Assembly: GCA_041649575.1 (NCBI GenBank)
Contig: JBAZMW010000003.1
Coordinates: 60,001 to 92,000, forward strand
Source: Patescibacteria group bacterium
GTDB taxonomy: Bacteria; Patescibacteriota; Patescibacteriia; 2-01-FULL-39-33
DNA length: 32,000 bases
Reading direction: 5' to 3'
Positions 1 to 8,935 of the stretch are shown here, piece after piece. Position 1 is the first letter of the stretch; each line of letters begins with the position of its first letter. The position numbers and the translations under genes are program-made. Under the pieces are notes generated by a model that was given only the letters and a program-made list of their open reading frames with translations, did no database searches and was not told where the DNA came from.

Positions 1-1
1 T

Positions 2-754
2 TATGTTCTCGTTGATCCTGACCGAGCGCCGATTATTAAACAAATGTTTGAAAAAGTCGCCTACGAAAAATGGACTGGCAGAAAATTATACCATTGGCTG
101 AGATTTGATTTAAATTTCAGAACAGCGGCAGGCGGAAAGCATTTATCGTTGGGCAACATATACGTATTACTACAAAATCATTTTTACTACGGCGTATTTG
201 AGTACCCGAAAAAAAGTGGCAATTGGTACAATGGCAAACACACTCCAATTATCACCAAGGAGTTATATGACTTGGTTCAAGGACAAGTCAAAAGCCAAAT
301 TATGAGATCAGAGACTAAGGAGTTTGCGTTTACCAAACTTATAACCTGTGGTTTATGCGGATCAGGGATAACGGCCGATGAAAAATTTAAAAAGCAAAAA
401 GATGGCAGCGTCCACCGTCATGTTTATTATAAGTGCACAAAATCAAGAGATAAAGATTGTAAGTGCGGATTTATAAATGAGATTGAATTGTTAAAACAGT
501 TTGAAAAATTAATCAACAAAGTCAGCATAAATGAAATGGGCATGAAAGAAAAAATTAAATATGAAGTTGAAAGAATTAAAAAATTTCAACAATCCATACT
601 TGGCGTAAAGCAAGATATTAAAATAAAAGACGTAGACATCCGAGACTACGCCAAATTTATTTTAAAGGATGGATCTGTTGAAGAGAAACGAGAATTACTG
701 AGTTGTTTTAAAAGCAAAATTACTTTACAAAATAAACAAATTTCCCTTCGCTAA
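2..754 (+). CDS. Large serine recombinase, C-terminal portion (5' end left of window)
   Basis: The frame is open from nt 2 (YVLVDPDRAPIIKQ precedes the first Met at 44). A recombinase-domain-like segment (LSLGNIYVLLQNHFYYGVFEY) is followed by a Cys-rich zinc ribbon (CGLCGS...YYKCTK...CKCG) and a coiled-coil-like tail, as in large serine recombinases. Confidence 0.8.
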   Translation, partial: YVLVDPDRAPIIKQMFEKVAYEKWTGRKLYHWLRFDLNFRTAAGGKHLSLGNIYVLLQNHFYYGVFEYPKKSGNWYNGKHTPIITKELYDLVQGQVKSQIMRSETKEFAFTKLITCGLCGSGITADEKFKKQKDGSVHRHVYYKCTKSRDKDCKCGFINEIELLKQFEKLINKVSINEMGMKEKIKYEVERIKKFQQSILGVKQDIKIKDVDIRDYAKFILKDGSVEEKRELLSCFKSKITLQNKQISLR

Positions 755-790
755 ATTAATTCATATTTAAAATATAATATTTCCCACAAA

Positions 791-1312
791 TTATCGAAAT
801 GTCCACCCACGTTCTTTTGATAATCCTAATAGATCCAAACATCCAACATTATAAGATGAGTCCTTACAAATATTAGGAATGGTCCATTTTGAGGGTTTAA
901 GACTGACCGTATAGCGTTCTTCGGTAATAATTTTTAATCCTTCATGTTTTGCCTGAGCGATTAGCCAAGGATCTGCATGCACTGAACCGATCTTTGCGTT
1001 AACAAAAGATGAAAATTTTGGTGACATGGTACGTAAAATTTTACCTTCCGCAATTAAATTATAATCCTGAAAAATACTTTTATTTTTTTGTGCCCAATCA
1101 TACAATTCTATACCTTTCTTACCGTCAGTTTTTATCTCTAATAGAACTTCAACATGAGAAATAATTATTCCCTGTTTAATTAAATCTAAAACATTTGCCC
1201 AAAGTCCCGGAGTAACTTCTTTTGATGACCATCCTGTGCCATTAAAAATATCCATCAATGAACTACTATCGATGGTGTATTCAGCAGGCTTTGAAAAAAG
1301 GTCATTAATCAT
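791..1312 (-). CDS. DUF4411-like (PIN-like nuclease fold) protein
   Basis: 173-aa ORF. The N-terminus YTIDSSSLMD...TPGLWANVLDLI resembles the DUF4411 pattern (YxxDxN..., PGFWDWL). It overlaps the upstream ImmA-type gene by 8 nt, suggesting translational coupling. The family assignment is from memory of the motif, not from a search. Confidence 0.6.
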   Translation of the reverse strand: MINDLFSKPAEYTIDSSSLMDIFNGTGWSSKEVTPGLWANVLDLIKQGIIISHVEVLLEIKTDGKKGIELYDWAQKNKSIFQDYNLIAEGKILRTMSPKFSSFVNAKIGSVHADPWLIAQAKHEGLKIITEERYTVSLKPSKWTIPNICKDSSYNVGCLDLLGLSKERGWTFR

Positions 1313-2495
1313 AGGAATTTAAAACATCTCTAAATCCAGAAATATACCTTCTTTTTAAACCAAGATAATCAGAGACTGTTGAGTAAGAAATTTTATTGTG
1401 ACTATAGGCCTCAATCACTAAAGAGCTAAAAGATTTTCCATTTTTTTGAACAATTGTTTTTAATGAAAAACTGCCACCCGCTTTTCGTTTTGGCATTAAT
1501 GATTTATCCCAAGTTTCAACTTTATCTAAATATATTGATTTTTCAATCAACTTAAAAAATAACATTCTCCTCAATATAACCACTCTACTAACCTTAAAAT
1601 CTATGGCTAATTTTCTGACAATCGAATCAAGATCGTCCGAACTAATCTTATTAATATTTCGTAACAAATAATGATTTAAAAAATCATCCTCGGGAACTAA
1701 AAAATTTGCTGCGAATTTATTACAAAATATTTCGACTTTATTAACGTGACCGTCAACATCATCAAATATTTTAAAATTATTACATAATCCAGTCTCACGT
1801 AATAAAATATGTGCAAACTCATGAGCTAAAGAAAAATTTTTAGCACCCTCATAGTCTTTATTATTTATTAAAATCACATATGGCTTTAAATCAGCGAAAG
1901 AAAAAGCCCTATAGTCCTCCGTGGGGAAAGTATCGTGCAGAACCGCCTTTAAAGTGATCACTCCCGTTGCTTCAATCTTTGACCTAAGGTACTCAAAAAA
2001 ATCTTCATATTTTTTAAACTTAAATTGATCATTTGCGGAAATTGACAATTCGGATCTAATTTTATTGGCTAAGTGCTCGGGATTCTGATCAAGTGTGTAT
2101 TTCGGATATTTAAATATTGGTTTTTCTCCCAATTCTTCATAGAGGCTTACTGCTGTCTCCTGTATCTTCCTTGCTTTTCTTATAGCTAGTAAGCCTTTTG
2201 GAGAAATGTCAAAATTATCTTTCGAACCAATAGTTCTGAAATCCGGCAAACTAATCTTCTCTTCAGGTGAATGAGCAAGAAAAAAAACCGCCAATGGGCG
2301 TTTGTATATTTCAGCGAGTTTTTTAATATCTCTAAAAGTGGGCTGAGTCTCACCAGATTCCCACCTTTTTATTGTATCTACTGAGACTTCTTTCCAAGAT
2401 TTTCTAAGTTGGGTGGTCAAATTTTCTAAATTAGCACCAAAACTTATTTCTCTTGCCCACTTCAATATTTTTGGTTCAAATATTAAATTTTCCAT
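1305..2495 (-). CDS. XRE-type HTH fused to an ImmA/IrrE (COG2856, M78-like) zinc metallopeptidase
   Basis: N-terminal HTH (VDTIKRWESGETQPTFRDIKKLAEIYKRPLAVFF) and an HExxH motif in SLAHEFAHILLRE, followed by a C-terminal extension. Confidence 0.8.
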   Translation of the reverse strand: MENLIFEPKILKWAREISFGANLENLTTQLRKSWKEVSVDTIKRWESGETQPTFRDIKKLAEIYKRPLAVFFLAHSPEEKISLPDFRTIGSKDNFDISPKGLLAIRKARKIQETAVSLYEELGEKPIFKYPKYTLDQNPEHLANKIRSELSISANDQFKFKKYEDFFEYLRSKIEATGVITLKAVLHDTFPTEDYRAFSFADLKPYVILINNKDYEGAKNFSLAHEFAHILLRETGLCNNFKIFDDVDGHVNKVEIFCNKFAANFLVPEDDFLNHYLLRNINKISSDDLDSIVRKLAIDFKVSRVVILRRMLFFKLIEKSIYLDKVETWDKSLMPKRKAGGSFSLKTIVQKNGKSFSSLVIEAYSHNKISYSTVSDYLGLKRRYISGFRDVLNSYD

Positions 2496-2555
2496 ATAGA
2501 GTTACTCGAAATAATTTTTTCAGGTATTAATTATCATGTTTAATTTTTGAATAAA

Positions 2556-5500
2556 TTATTTTTCTAGATCCTTAACATAAAATTTACCACCTGAAATATC
2601 AAAAAATCTTTCAAAAAATCTGGTTAGTTTATCTAACACATTATCACGCTTCTGTGTTCTTTCGCCAGTTGGAGAAAATCGAGACACGGGTGGCAGTACT
2701 TTTGAAATTGCCGTTCCCGTTGTTGAGACGCCACCGTCCCTAAAAGCGTTCCTTACAAATGCGTACGTAGCGTCGTGATCAAGATTTTCAGTTTTAATAA
2801 TTTTTTCAAGCTCATCAATCTTTTTTTCTTCGACGAATCGTTGCCAATCTTCATCTACAATCGAGTGAACATCAAGCGACGTAATAAATTGATTAATTAG
2901 GTCTTTTTTATTACGCAGCTCAATACTAGAATCAATCGCCTTATTAATATCAATCAAAAGCTCACGATTTTTTATATGGTCTTCATGATATTTCTTAATA
3001 AGTCCTAACACATAATCGATATTTATTTCTACCTGTTTGATAAGCTCCATTTCAAAAACTACGTCGTCGTTAATGTTCTCTTTTTCTTCATCGGCAATCT
3101 TCCTAAACTCGTTATAAAGATCAATGTACATACTATGATAATCTTGCACGTCTCGCTCAGTCAAAATCTCATTACCCGCAAACTCGTCAAACGTGACAAG
3201 AATATTACGTACACGCAAAATCGCTCCATATAATTTAATGAATTCTTTTTGATTTTGTTCGCCTACAATTCTTTCTCCAACGGTAAACTTTTCCGTCAAT
3301 TCTTTTACCAGACTTTCGTATCCACGTATATCCTTATTTTCATATTTATAGCCATAGTAATAATCCTTATAGGCTTTAAGAAGGACTATTCCACTCGCCT
3401 CTTTATCACCAAAGAGTGAGATGGATTCATTTGTTGCTTTTTCTAGATTACGGAAACAAATAATATTTCCAAATGTTTTTACGCTATTTAGAATTCGGTT
3501 CGTTCTTGAATATGCTTGCAATAAACCATGCAAACGTAAATTTTTATCAACCCAAAGAGTATTAAGAGTAGTCGCATCAAATCCAGTTAAAAACATATTG
3601 ACTACAATAAGAATATCAATTTCTCGATTTTTAACTCGCTCACTTACATCTTTATAGTAATTTTGGAACTTGTCAGAAGATGTATCATAAGAGGTTCCAA
3701 ACATTGCGTTATAATCTATAATTGCACTATCTAAAAAATCTCTTGAGCTAGCGTCAAGCTCGCTTGTATCCTCAGAGTTTTCATCAATCATTCCATCTGC
3801 ATCTTCATCGTTCACTCCAAAACTATAGATAGTGGCTATCTTGAGACGCTTATCACTGGGTACCTCGGCTAACTGTTTTTTAAATTCAGCATAATATTTC
3901 TTTGCCACATCAATAGAGGAAACGGCAAAGATTGAGTTAAATCCTGCTAGCCTCCGGTCTTTAAGTTTATAGAAACTATTACGTTTTGTTTTTTGATCAA
4001 AATGATCACAAATATATCGAACAATATTCCCTATACGTTCCGGTGCGGCAAGAACTGCCTCACGATCGATATCGCTCACTTTTTTATCTTCAATATTTTC
4101 GGCTTCACGGACAGTAGATACATAGTCCACTTTGAAAGGCAAAACATTCCTATCTGCGATTGCGTCAACAATCGTGTAAGTATGTAATTTATCACCAAAA
4201 GCCTGTTCGGTTGTTTTCAAATCAGGGCGACCACCAGAAGAAGCATTTACGGCAAAAATTGGAGTGCCAGTGAACCCAAAAATGTGGTAATTATTAAATG
4301 CTTTTATAATCGCCGCATGCATGTCGCCAAATTGGGAACGGTGACATTCATCAAAAATCAATACAACGTGGCCGTCAAAAATAGTATGTTCTCCATTACG
4401 ACTAATAAATCGATCCAATTTTTGAATAGTAGTAATAATGATACGTGTATTTGGGTTTTCAAGTTGTTTTTTAAGAACAGAGGTACTCGTGTTACTGTTT
4501 GCGGCACCTTTCTCAAACTTGTCATATTCACGCATAGTCTGATAATCCAAATCTTTACGATCAACAACGAACAAAACTTTGTCTATATAAGATACTTTGC
4601 TTATGAGCTGCGCCGTTTTAAAACTCGTCAGGGTTTTCCCCGATCCTGTTGTGTGCCAAATATATCCACCCGCTTCAACCGTGCCAAGCTTTTTATAGTT
4701 TGTACTTACTTCGATTCGACTCAAAATTCTTTCCGTAGCTACTATTTGATATGGCCGCATCACAAGGAGTAAGCGGTCGGTCGTAAATACACAATACTTA
4801 GTCAGAATATTCAAAAGCGTATGCTTTGCGAAAAAGGTCTTCGCAAAATCCATAAGATCAGTAATGGGACGATTTGTTGCATCTGCCCACCAGCTGGTAA
4901 ATTCAAAACTGTTGCTTGTTCTTTTACCTTTTTTTAATCCGCCCTCGTTTGCTTCTTTAATATGTTCAGAGCGAGTTGTATTGCTGTAGTATTTAGTATG
5001 TGTTCCATTTGAAATAACAAACAGCTGTACATATTCAAAAAGACCAGAAGAAGCCCAAAAACTTTCTTTCTGGTAACGATTAATCTGATTAAAAGCCTCT
5101 TGAATCGCGACACCGCGACGTTTAAGTTCTATGTGAACAATTGGCAAACCATTTACAAGCACCGTTACGTCGTACCGGTTAGCACGCTTACCATTCTCAG
5201 TCGCATATTGATTTATAACTTGAAGATAATTGTCATGAATATTATCTTTTTTTATAAGATAAATATTCTTTGTTGACCCATCGTCACGAGTCAAATTCTT
5301 TACATGATCTTCTTGAACTGTAGCCGTCTTTTCTTCAATACTTTGATTTGGATTAGCAAGTTCACTCGCAAAAAAATGTTCCCATTCATTGTCAGTAAAA
5401 ATAAATCCATTAAGTTTTTCTAATTGTTTGCGTAAGTTGAGAATGAGATCATTTTCTGAAGTAATCGCAATGTATTCATAAGCCTGAGTTTCTAATTGTT

Positions 5501-5630
5501 TAATAAAGGCCTTTTCAAGTTCTGCCTCGCTTTGATAGTGCGCGACTCTTTTAGCATCAGGAATATACTCCGCGACAACCGTGCTTTGGGTACTCTCCGC
5601 AACTAAGTTGTATTTTTTCTTAACTAACAT
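2556..5630 (-). CDS. hsdR: Type I restriction enzyme R subunit
   Basis: 1024 aa. N-terminal nuclease motif (DVTVLVNGLPIVHIELKRRG), helicase motif I (TTGSGKT) and motif II (FDECHRSQ). It overlaps hsdS by 11 nt. Confidence 0.95.
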   Translation of the reverse strand: MLVKKKYNLVAESTQSTVVAEYIPDAKRVAHYQSEAELEKAFIKQLETQAYEYIAITSENDLILNLRKQLEKLNGFIFTDNEWEHFFASELANPNQSIEEKTATVQEDHVKNLTRDDGSTKNIYLIKKDNIHDNYLQVINQYATENGKRANRYDVTVLVNGLPIVHIELKRRGVAIQEAFNQINRYQKESFWASSGLFEYVQLFVISNGTHTKYYSNTTRSEHIKEANEGGLKKGKRTSNSFEFTSWWADATNRPITDLMDFAKTFFAKHTLLNILTKYCVFTTDRLLLVMRPYQIVATERILSRIEVSTNYKKLGTVEAGGYIWHTTGSGKTLTSFKTAQLISKVSYIDKVLFVVDRKDLDYQTMREYDKFEKGAANSNTSTSVLKKQLENPNTRIIITTIQKLDRFISRNGEHTIFDGHVVLIFDECHRSQFGDMHAAIIKAFNNYHIFGFTGTPIFAVNASSGGRPDLKTTEQAFGDKLHTYTIVDAIADRNVLPFKVDYVSTVREAENIEDKKVSDIDREAVLAAPERIGNIVRYICDHFDQKTKRNSFYKLKDRRLAGFNSIFAVSSIDVAKKYYAEFKKQLAEVPSDKRLKIATIYSFGVNDEDADGMIDENSEDTSELDASSRDFLDSAIIDYNAMFGTSYDTSSDKFQNYYKDVSERVKNREIDILIVVNMFLTGFDATTLNTLWVDKNLRLHGLLQAYSRTNRILNSVKTFGNIICFRNLEKATNESISLFGDKEASGIVLLKAYKDYYYGYKYENKDIRGYESLVKELTEKFTVGERIVGEQNQKEFIKLYGAILRVRNILVTFDEFAGNEILTERDVQDYHSMYIDLYNEFRKIADEEKENINDDVVFEMELIKQVEINIDYVLGLIKKYHEDHIKNRELLIDINKAIDSSIELRNKKDLINQFITSLDVHSIVDEDWQRFVEEKKIDELEKIIKTENLDHDATYAFVRNAFRDGGVSTTGTAISKVLPPVSRFSPTGERTQKRDNVLDKLTRFFERFFDISGGKFYVKDLEK

Positions 5631-6882
5631 ATTGATTAAAAGTTAAAAGTTTATTTCGGTAGTATTCATATTGACACCTGCGTGCAGAAAGCTCTGCAGG
5701 CAAACCGATTGATATATCGTTCAAAAGTGCGTCAAACTTATCTAAAATTTCCACGATGCGATTTTGTTCCTCAATCGGCGGGGTTGGGATTTTGAATTTT
5801 GTGAATTCCTCTTTTGTAATTGTTTTTATCGTGCTTCCACGAGCCGTTTCTTTTTCAACAGAAAATTTTCTTTCAAGCTGATATGCGAAATACTTCTTAT
5901 TGATATTTACCTTAAACCTCTCAAAAATTGCAAGGGTGCGATCAACATAACTGTCATATTGAGTGATAGCGACTCGACCGATACTTCCCTGCAAAGTTAC
6001 TATAACTGTTCCAGCAGGCACAAAAACACTTTTGGGTTGAGCTAATCTTGAAATTTTTTGTTTTGTATTTTCAACAAGTTGCATATTTTTACCAACATCT
6101 GCGACTTGAACAAATGGCATTGCGCCTTCTCCGCCATACCATCTACTTTCACCATAAGGCTGTGGAAAAGAACCGCGACGATAATCTGCTATTTCACCCA
6201 ACGTTTTCCATTGCACCTCATTGCCTTCAAATCCTAAAAGCTGATTACGATAATACCCATATTGCATCTCTCTCGCCTCCAGCTCCGCCTCCAGCTCCGC
6301 CTCCAGCTCCGTAAATCTATTAAGAATTTTAGCAATTTCTTTTTGTATTTCAAGTGGCGGAAGAGGAATTTTAAACTTTTTAAATCCACTCATATCTACA
6401 GAAGAAAAACTTGACGTTGTTGTATTATTTCGACACCACTCATCCAATAAGTAACAGTAATAGTAGACAAATCGCATGTCGAATTTATCTGCATATTCTG
6501 GCTTTAGGACAAGCGAATTAAACCTCTGATTTGCAAGATGTGGAACTGTAATTAGTGCGTGTTCACCAATAGTAGCAGACGTCGTGATAATAATAGAATT
6601 TGCGGGAAATAGTCTACCGCCTTTCACAGCAATTTCAGGAATGTGCTGAACTGAATCATCTAGTATGTGCCCATTCTCTCTAATATCTTCCATGCGGAAC
6701 CAAGGAATGTTGCCACCCGCCCAATATTCTGGTTTTGCCTTTGATGGTGTGTAGCCGTTTTTAATATCAAAAATTTCTACTAAGTCCCTAAACTCCACTC
6801 CGTTCGGGCATAACTTGGCAATTAGCTGTTCAATTTTATTTATAGGTTTAGTCATGCTATTTTTTTCTTTCAATATCGGCAA
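5620..6882 (-). CDS. hsdS: Type I R-M specificity subunit
   Basis: 420 aa with two target-recognition halves. Each half is followed by a conserved helix (LPPLEIQKEIAKILNRF... and TPPIEEQNRIVEILDKF...). The central spacer helix contains ELEAELEAELEA. It overlaps hsdM by 26 nt. Confidence 0.9.
   Translation of the reverse strand: MPILKEKNSMTKPINKIEQLIAKLCPNGVEFRDLVEIFDIKNGYTPSKAKPEYWAGGNIPWFRMEDIRENGHILDDSVQHIPEIAVKGGRLFPANSIIITTSATIGEHALITVPHLANQRFNSLVLKPEYADKFDMRFVYYYCYLLDEWCRNNTTTSSFSSVDMSGFKKFKIPLPPLEIQKEIAKILNRFTELEAELEAELEAREMQYGYYRNQLLGFEGNEVQWKTLGEIADYRRGSFPQPYGESRWYGGEGAMPFVQVADVGKNMQLVENTKQKISRLAQPKSVFVPAGTVIVTLQGSIGRVAITQYDSYVDRTLAIFERFKVNINKKYFAYQLERKFSVEKETARGSTIKTITKEEFTKFKIPTPPIEEQNRIVEILDKFDALLNDISIGLPAELSARRCQYEYYRNKLLTFNQYVS
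6275..6310. repeat. Perfect 12-bp x3 tandem repeat (gcctccagctcc) encoding (ELEA)3 in the hsdS central conserved region
   Basis: Read directly from the sequence: gcctccagctcc gcctccagctcc gcctccagctcc. Confidence 0.95.
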
Positions 6883-8446
6883 CTATTTCATCAATAGAGG
6901 CACGGAGCTCATTCTGTCTTGCGACTATTTTGGTAATCTTTTTATTAAGTTCCACAATGTCCACTACTTCGCGAGTATCTTCTCCTACAACATAGCCTGA
7001 TACAGCAATATTATAATCATTCTCTGCAATGACTTTATTATCAATGAGTTTTGCAAAATACTTCGTATCTCTACGAGCGCTGAATGCTTCTAAAATCTTT
7101 AAACGATTTGTCTCGCTTAATTTATTTTTATTGCCACCATGAACAAACTCGGCAGAGGCATCTATAAAAAGTGTTTTATTATCTTTCTTGCTCTTTTTAA
7201 GCACGATGATGCAAGTGGCAATAGATGTACCGAAAAAAAGATTGGGCGGTAATTGTATAACAGCATCAACATAATTATTATCTACAAGATATTTTCTAAT
7301 CTTCTGTTCTGCACCACTACGATAAAGAACACCAGGAAATTCAACAATCGCCGCAGTTCCATTCGTCGATAACCATGAAAGCATGTGCATAGTGAAGGCA
7401 AGATCAGCATAACTCTTTGGCGCCAATACTCCTGCCGGAGAAAAGCGCGGATCATTTATTAGGATAGGGTTTGCGTCGCCATCCCAGTGAATTGAATACG
7501 GTGGATTAGAAACAATAGCATCAAATGGCTCATCATCCCAATGCTTCGGGTCGACGAGAGTATCACCGTGTGCAATATCAAAATGATTATAATTAATATC
7601 ATGCAGGAACATGTTAATGCGACAAAGGTTGTAGATAGTAAGGTTGATTTCTTGCCCAAAAAACCCTTGCCTAACATTTTCTTTCCCTAAAACCTTAACA
7701 AATTTAAGAAGCAAAGATCCAGAACCGCAAGCAGGATCGTAAACCTTATTAACTTCCTTTTTGCCAACGGTTGTAATTTCAGCGAGAAGCTCACTGACTT
7801 CCTGTGGTGTAAAAAATTCACCACCTGATTTTCCTGCATTTGCGGCATACATAGTCATCAAAAATTCATATGCGTCACCGAAGGCATCTATAGTGTTATC
7901 GGAGTAATTTCCGAGCTTAAGATCACCGATTGATTCAAAAAGTTTTGTGAGTTTATGGTTTCTTTTTTCTACCGTGTTTCCAAGTTTATTGGAGTTTACA
8001 TCAAGATCATCAAACAAACCCTTAATGTCATCCTCACTGTTTGCGCCTTTCGCAGAATTTTCAATATTACGAAAAACGGCAGTAAGAGTTTCATTAAGGT
8101 TAGCGTCATTTCGAGCATTTTTTCTAACATTTATAAAAAGCTCACTTGGTAAGATGTAAAAACCTTTTTCTTTGACTGTATCAGCTCGACCGAATTCGGC
8201 TTCTTTATTGGAAAGTGTAGCGTAGTCAAAATCCTTATTACCAGCACGGCGTTCATCAGCATTGATATAGTTGGTAAGGTTTTCGCTAATAAAGCGATAA
8301 AAAAGTATCCCAAGCACATACTGCTTGAAATCCCAGCCATCAACACTTCCACGTAAGTCATTTGCAATCTGCCAAATAGCACGGTGCAATTCTGAACGCT
8401 CCTGTTCTTTAGTTGTGTTCAAATTTTTATCTTTGATGTTAGCCAT
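6857..8446 (-). CDS. hsdM: Type I R-M N6-adenine DNA methyltransferase subunit
   Basis: 529 aa with a SAM-binding motif (VYDPACGSGSLL) and catalytic NPPY (VSNPPYSIHW). Confidence 0.95.
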   Translation of the reverse strand: MANIKDKNLNTTKEQERSELHRAIWQIANDLRGSVDGWDFKQYVLGILFYRFISENLTNYINADERRAGNKDFDYATLSNKEAEFGRADTVKEKGFYILPSELFINVRKNARNDANLNETLTAVFRNIENSAKGANSEDDIKGLFDDLDVNSNKLGNTVEKRNHKLTKLFESIGDLKLGNYSDNTIDAFGDAYEFLMTMYAANAGKSGGEFFTPQEVSELLAEITTVGKKEVNKVYDPACGSGSLLLKFVKVLGKENVRQGFFGQEINLTIYNLCRINMFLHDINYNHFDIAHGDTLVDPKHWDDEPFDAIVSNPPYSIHWDGDANPILINDPRFSPAGVLAPKSYADLAFTMHMLSWLSTNGTAAIVEFPGVLYRSGAEQKIRKYLVDNNYVDAVIQLPPNLFFGTSIATCIIVLKKSKKDNKTLFIDASAEFVHGGNKNKLSETNRLKILEAFSARRDTKYFAKLIDNKVIAENDYNIAVSGYVVGEDTREVVDIVELNKKITKIVARQNELRASIDEIVADIERKK

Positions 8447-8450
8447 AAGA

Positions 8451-8657
8451 TTATTTTAATAATTCGTCAACTGATACGTCTAAGGCTTCAGCAATTCGTT
8501 CCATGGTCGCTAAGGTTGGATTCTTCTTACCGCTTTCAACATTACTAAGATAGGCACGATCAAGTCCCAACTTTCTGCATAAGTCGCCTTGTGTCATACC
8601 CTTTTCCTCTCTGATTCTACGGACATTAATGCCTAATTTTCTTGATGAATTTGTCAT
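8451..8657 (-). CDS. Small XRE-family HTH regulator, first gene of the R-M operon (controller-like)
   Basis: 68 aa with a classic Cro/CI-type HTH (MTQGDLCRKLGLDRAYLSNVESGKKNPTLATMERIAEAL). It ends 4 nt before hsdM. Confidence 0.85.
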   Translation of the reverse strand: MTNSSRKLGINVRRIREEKGMTQGDLCRKLGLDRAYLSNVESGKKNPTLATMERIAEALDVSVDELLK

Positions 8658-8671
8658 AATACTGCCTTACT

Positions 8672-8703
8672 ATTATATCACATTAATTGTATTTTAGTAC
8701 AAT
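8672..8703 (-). promoter_or_regulatory. Putative extended -10 promoter plus palindromic operator upstream of the XRE gene
   Basis: On the minus strand, TGATATAAT (8672-8680) lies 14 nt upstream of the ATG. The inverted repeat ATTGTA-N6-TACAAT (8686-8703) occupies the -35 region. Confidence 0.4.
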
Positions 8704-8708
8704 AGCCT

Positions 8709-8740
8709 AAAAAACACAAAACCGCCCCTTTGGACGGTTT
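8709..8740 (-). terminator. Rho-independent terminator downstream of tRNA-Trp
   Basis: Minus strand reads aaaccgtccaaaggggcggttt followed by tgtgtttttt. The stem is imperfect and is followed by a T-run. Confidence 0.55.
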
Positions 8741-8815
8741 CATGGATCGAAGCATTGTCGTATTTGAAGCACGCTTCGATAGCTTCGAAAGTAACGAAGT
8801 CGTGCTAGCACGATT

Positions 8816-8889
8816 TGGCAGGGGATGTAGGAATCGAACCCACGCATGCGGTTTTGGAGACCGCCGTACTACCACTATACGAATCCCCC
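8816..8889 (-). tRNA. tRNA-Trp (anticodon CCA), 3' CCA encoded
   Basis: Hand-folded cloverleaf. Acceptor GGGGGAT/ATCCCCT; anticodon arm GCGGT-CTCCAAA-ACCGC; T arm GTGGG-TTCGATT-CCTAC; ends GCCA. 74 nt. Confidence 0.9.
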
Positions 8890-8935
8890 AAATTAACAGT
8901 TAACTATCAATACTTAATAATTAACTGTTAAAAGA

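Larger units (their letters stand above)
1..8709. mobile_element. AT-rich accessory/defence island abutting tRNA-Trp (serine recombinase, DUF4411-ImmA pair, type I R-M); left boundary lies outside the window
   Basis: By eye it is clearly more AT-rich than the rest of the window. It holds only recombinase and defence-type genes. It ends just past the 3' end of tRNA-Trp (8816) and that tRNA's terminator. Confidence 0.5.

Noticed and set aside
6275-6310. Tandem and direct repeats (the hsdS 12-mer x3, aaatttgttaa x2 near 27972, gtgtccaa x2 near 16640) considered as CRISPR-like arrays.
   Set aside because: They have no repeat-spacer architecture and too few, too short units. One lies inside a coding helix.
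3421-8382. Short ORFs inside or antisense to hsdR, hsdS and hsdM (for example 3421-3657, 4284-4772, 5764-6045, 6048-6314, 7947-8159, 8131-8382).
   Set aside because: They lie wholly within well-supported conserved genes. They have low-complexity, Phe/Ile/Asn-rich composition typical of AT-rich off-frames. The PAPPPAPPPAP tail of 6048-6314 is the antisense of the ELEA repeat.
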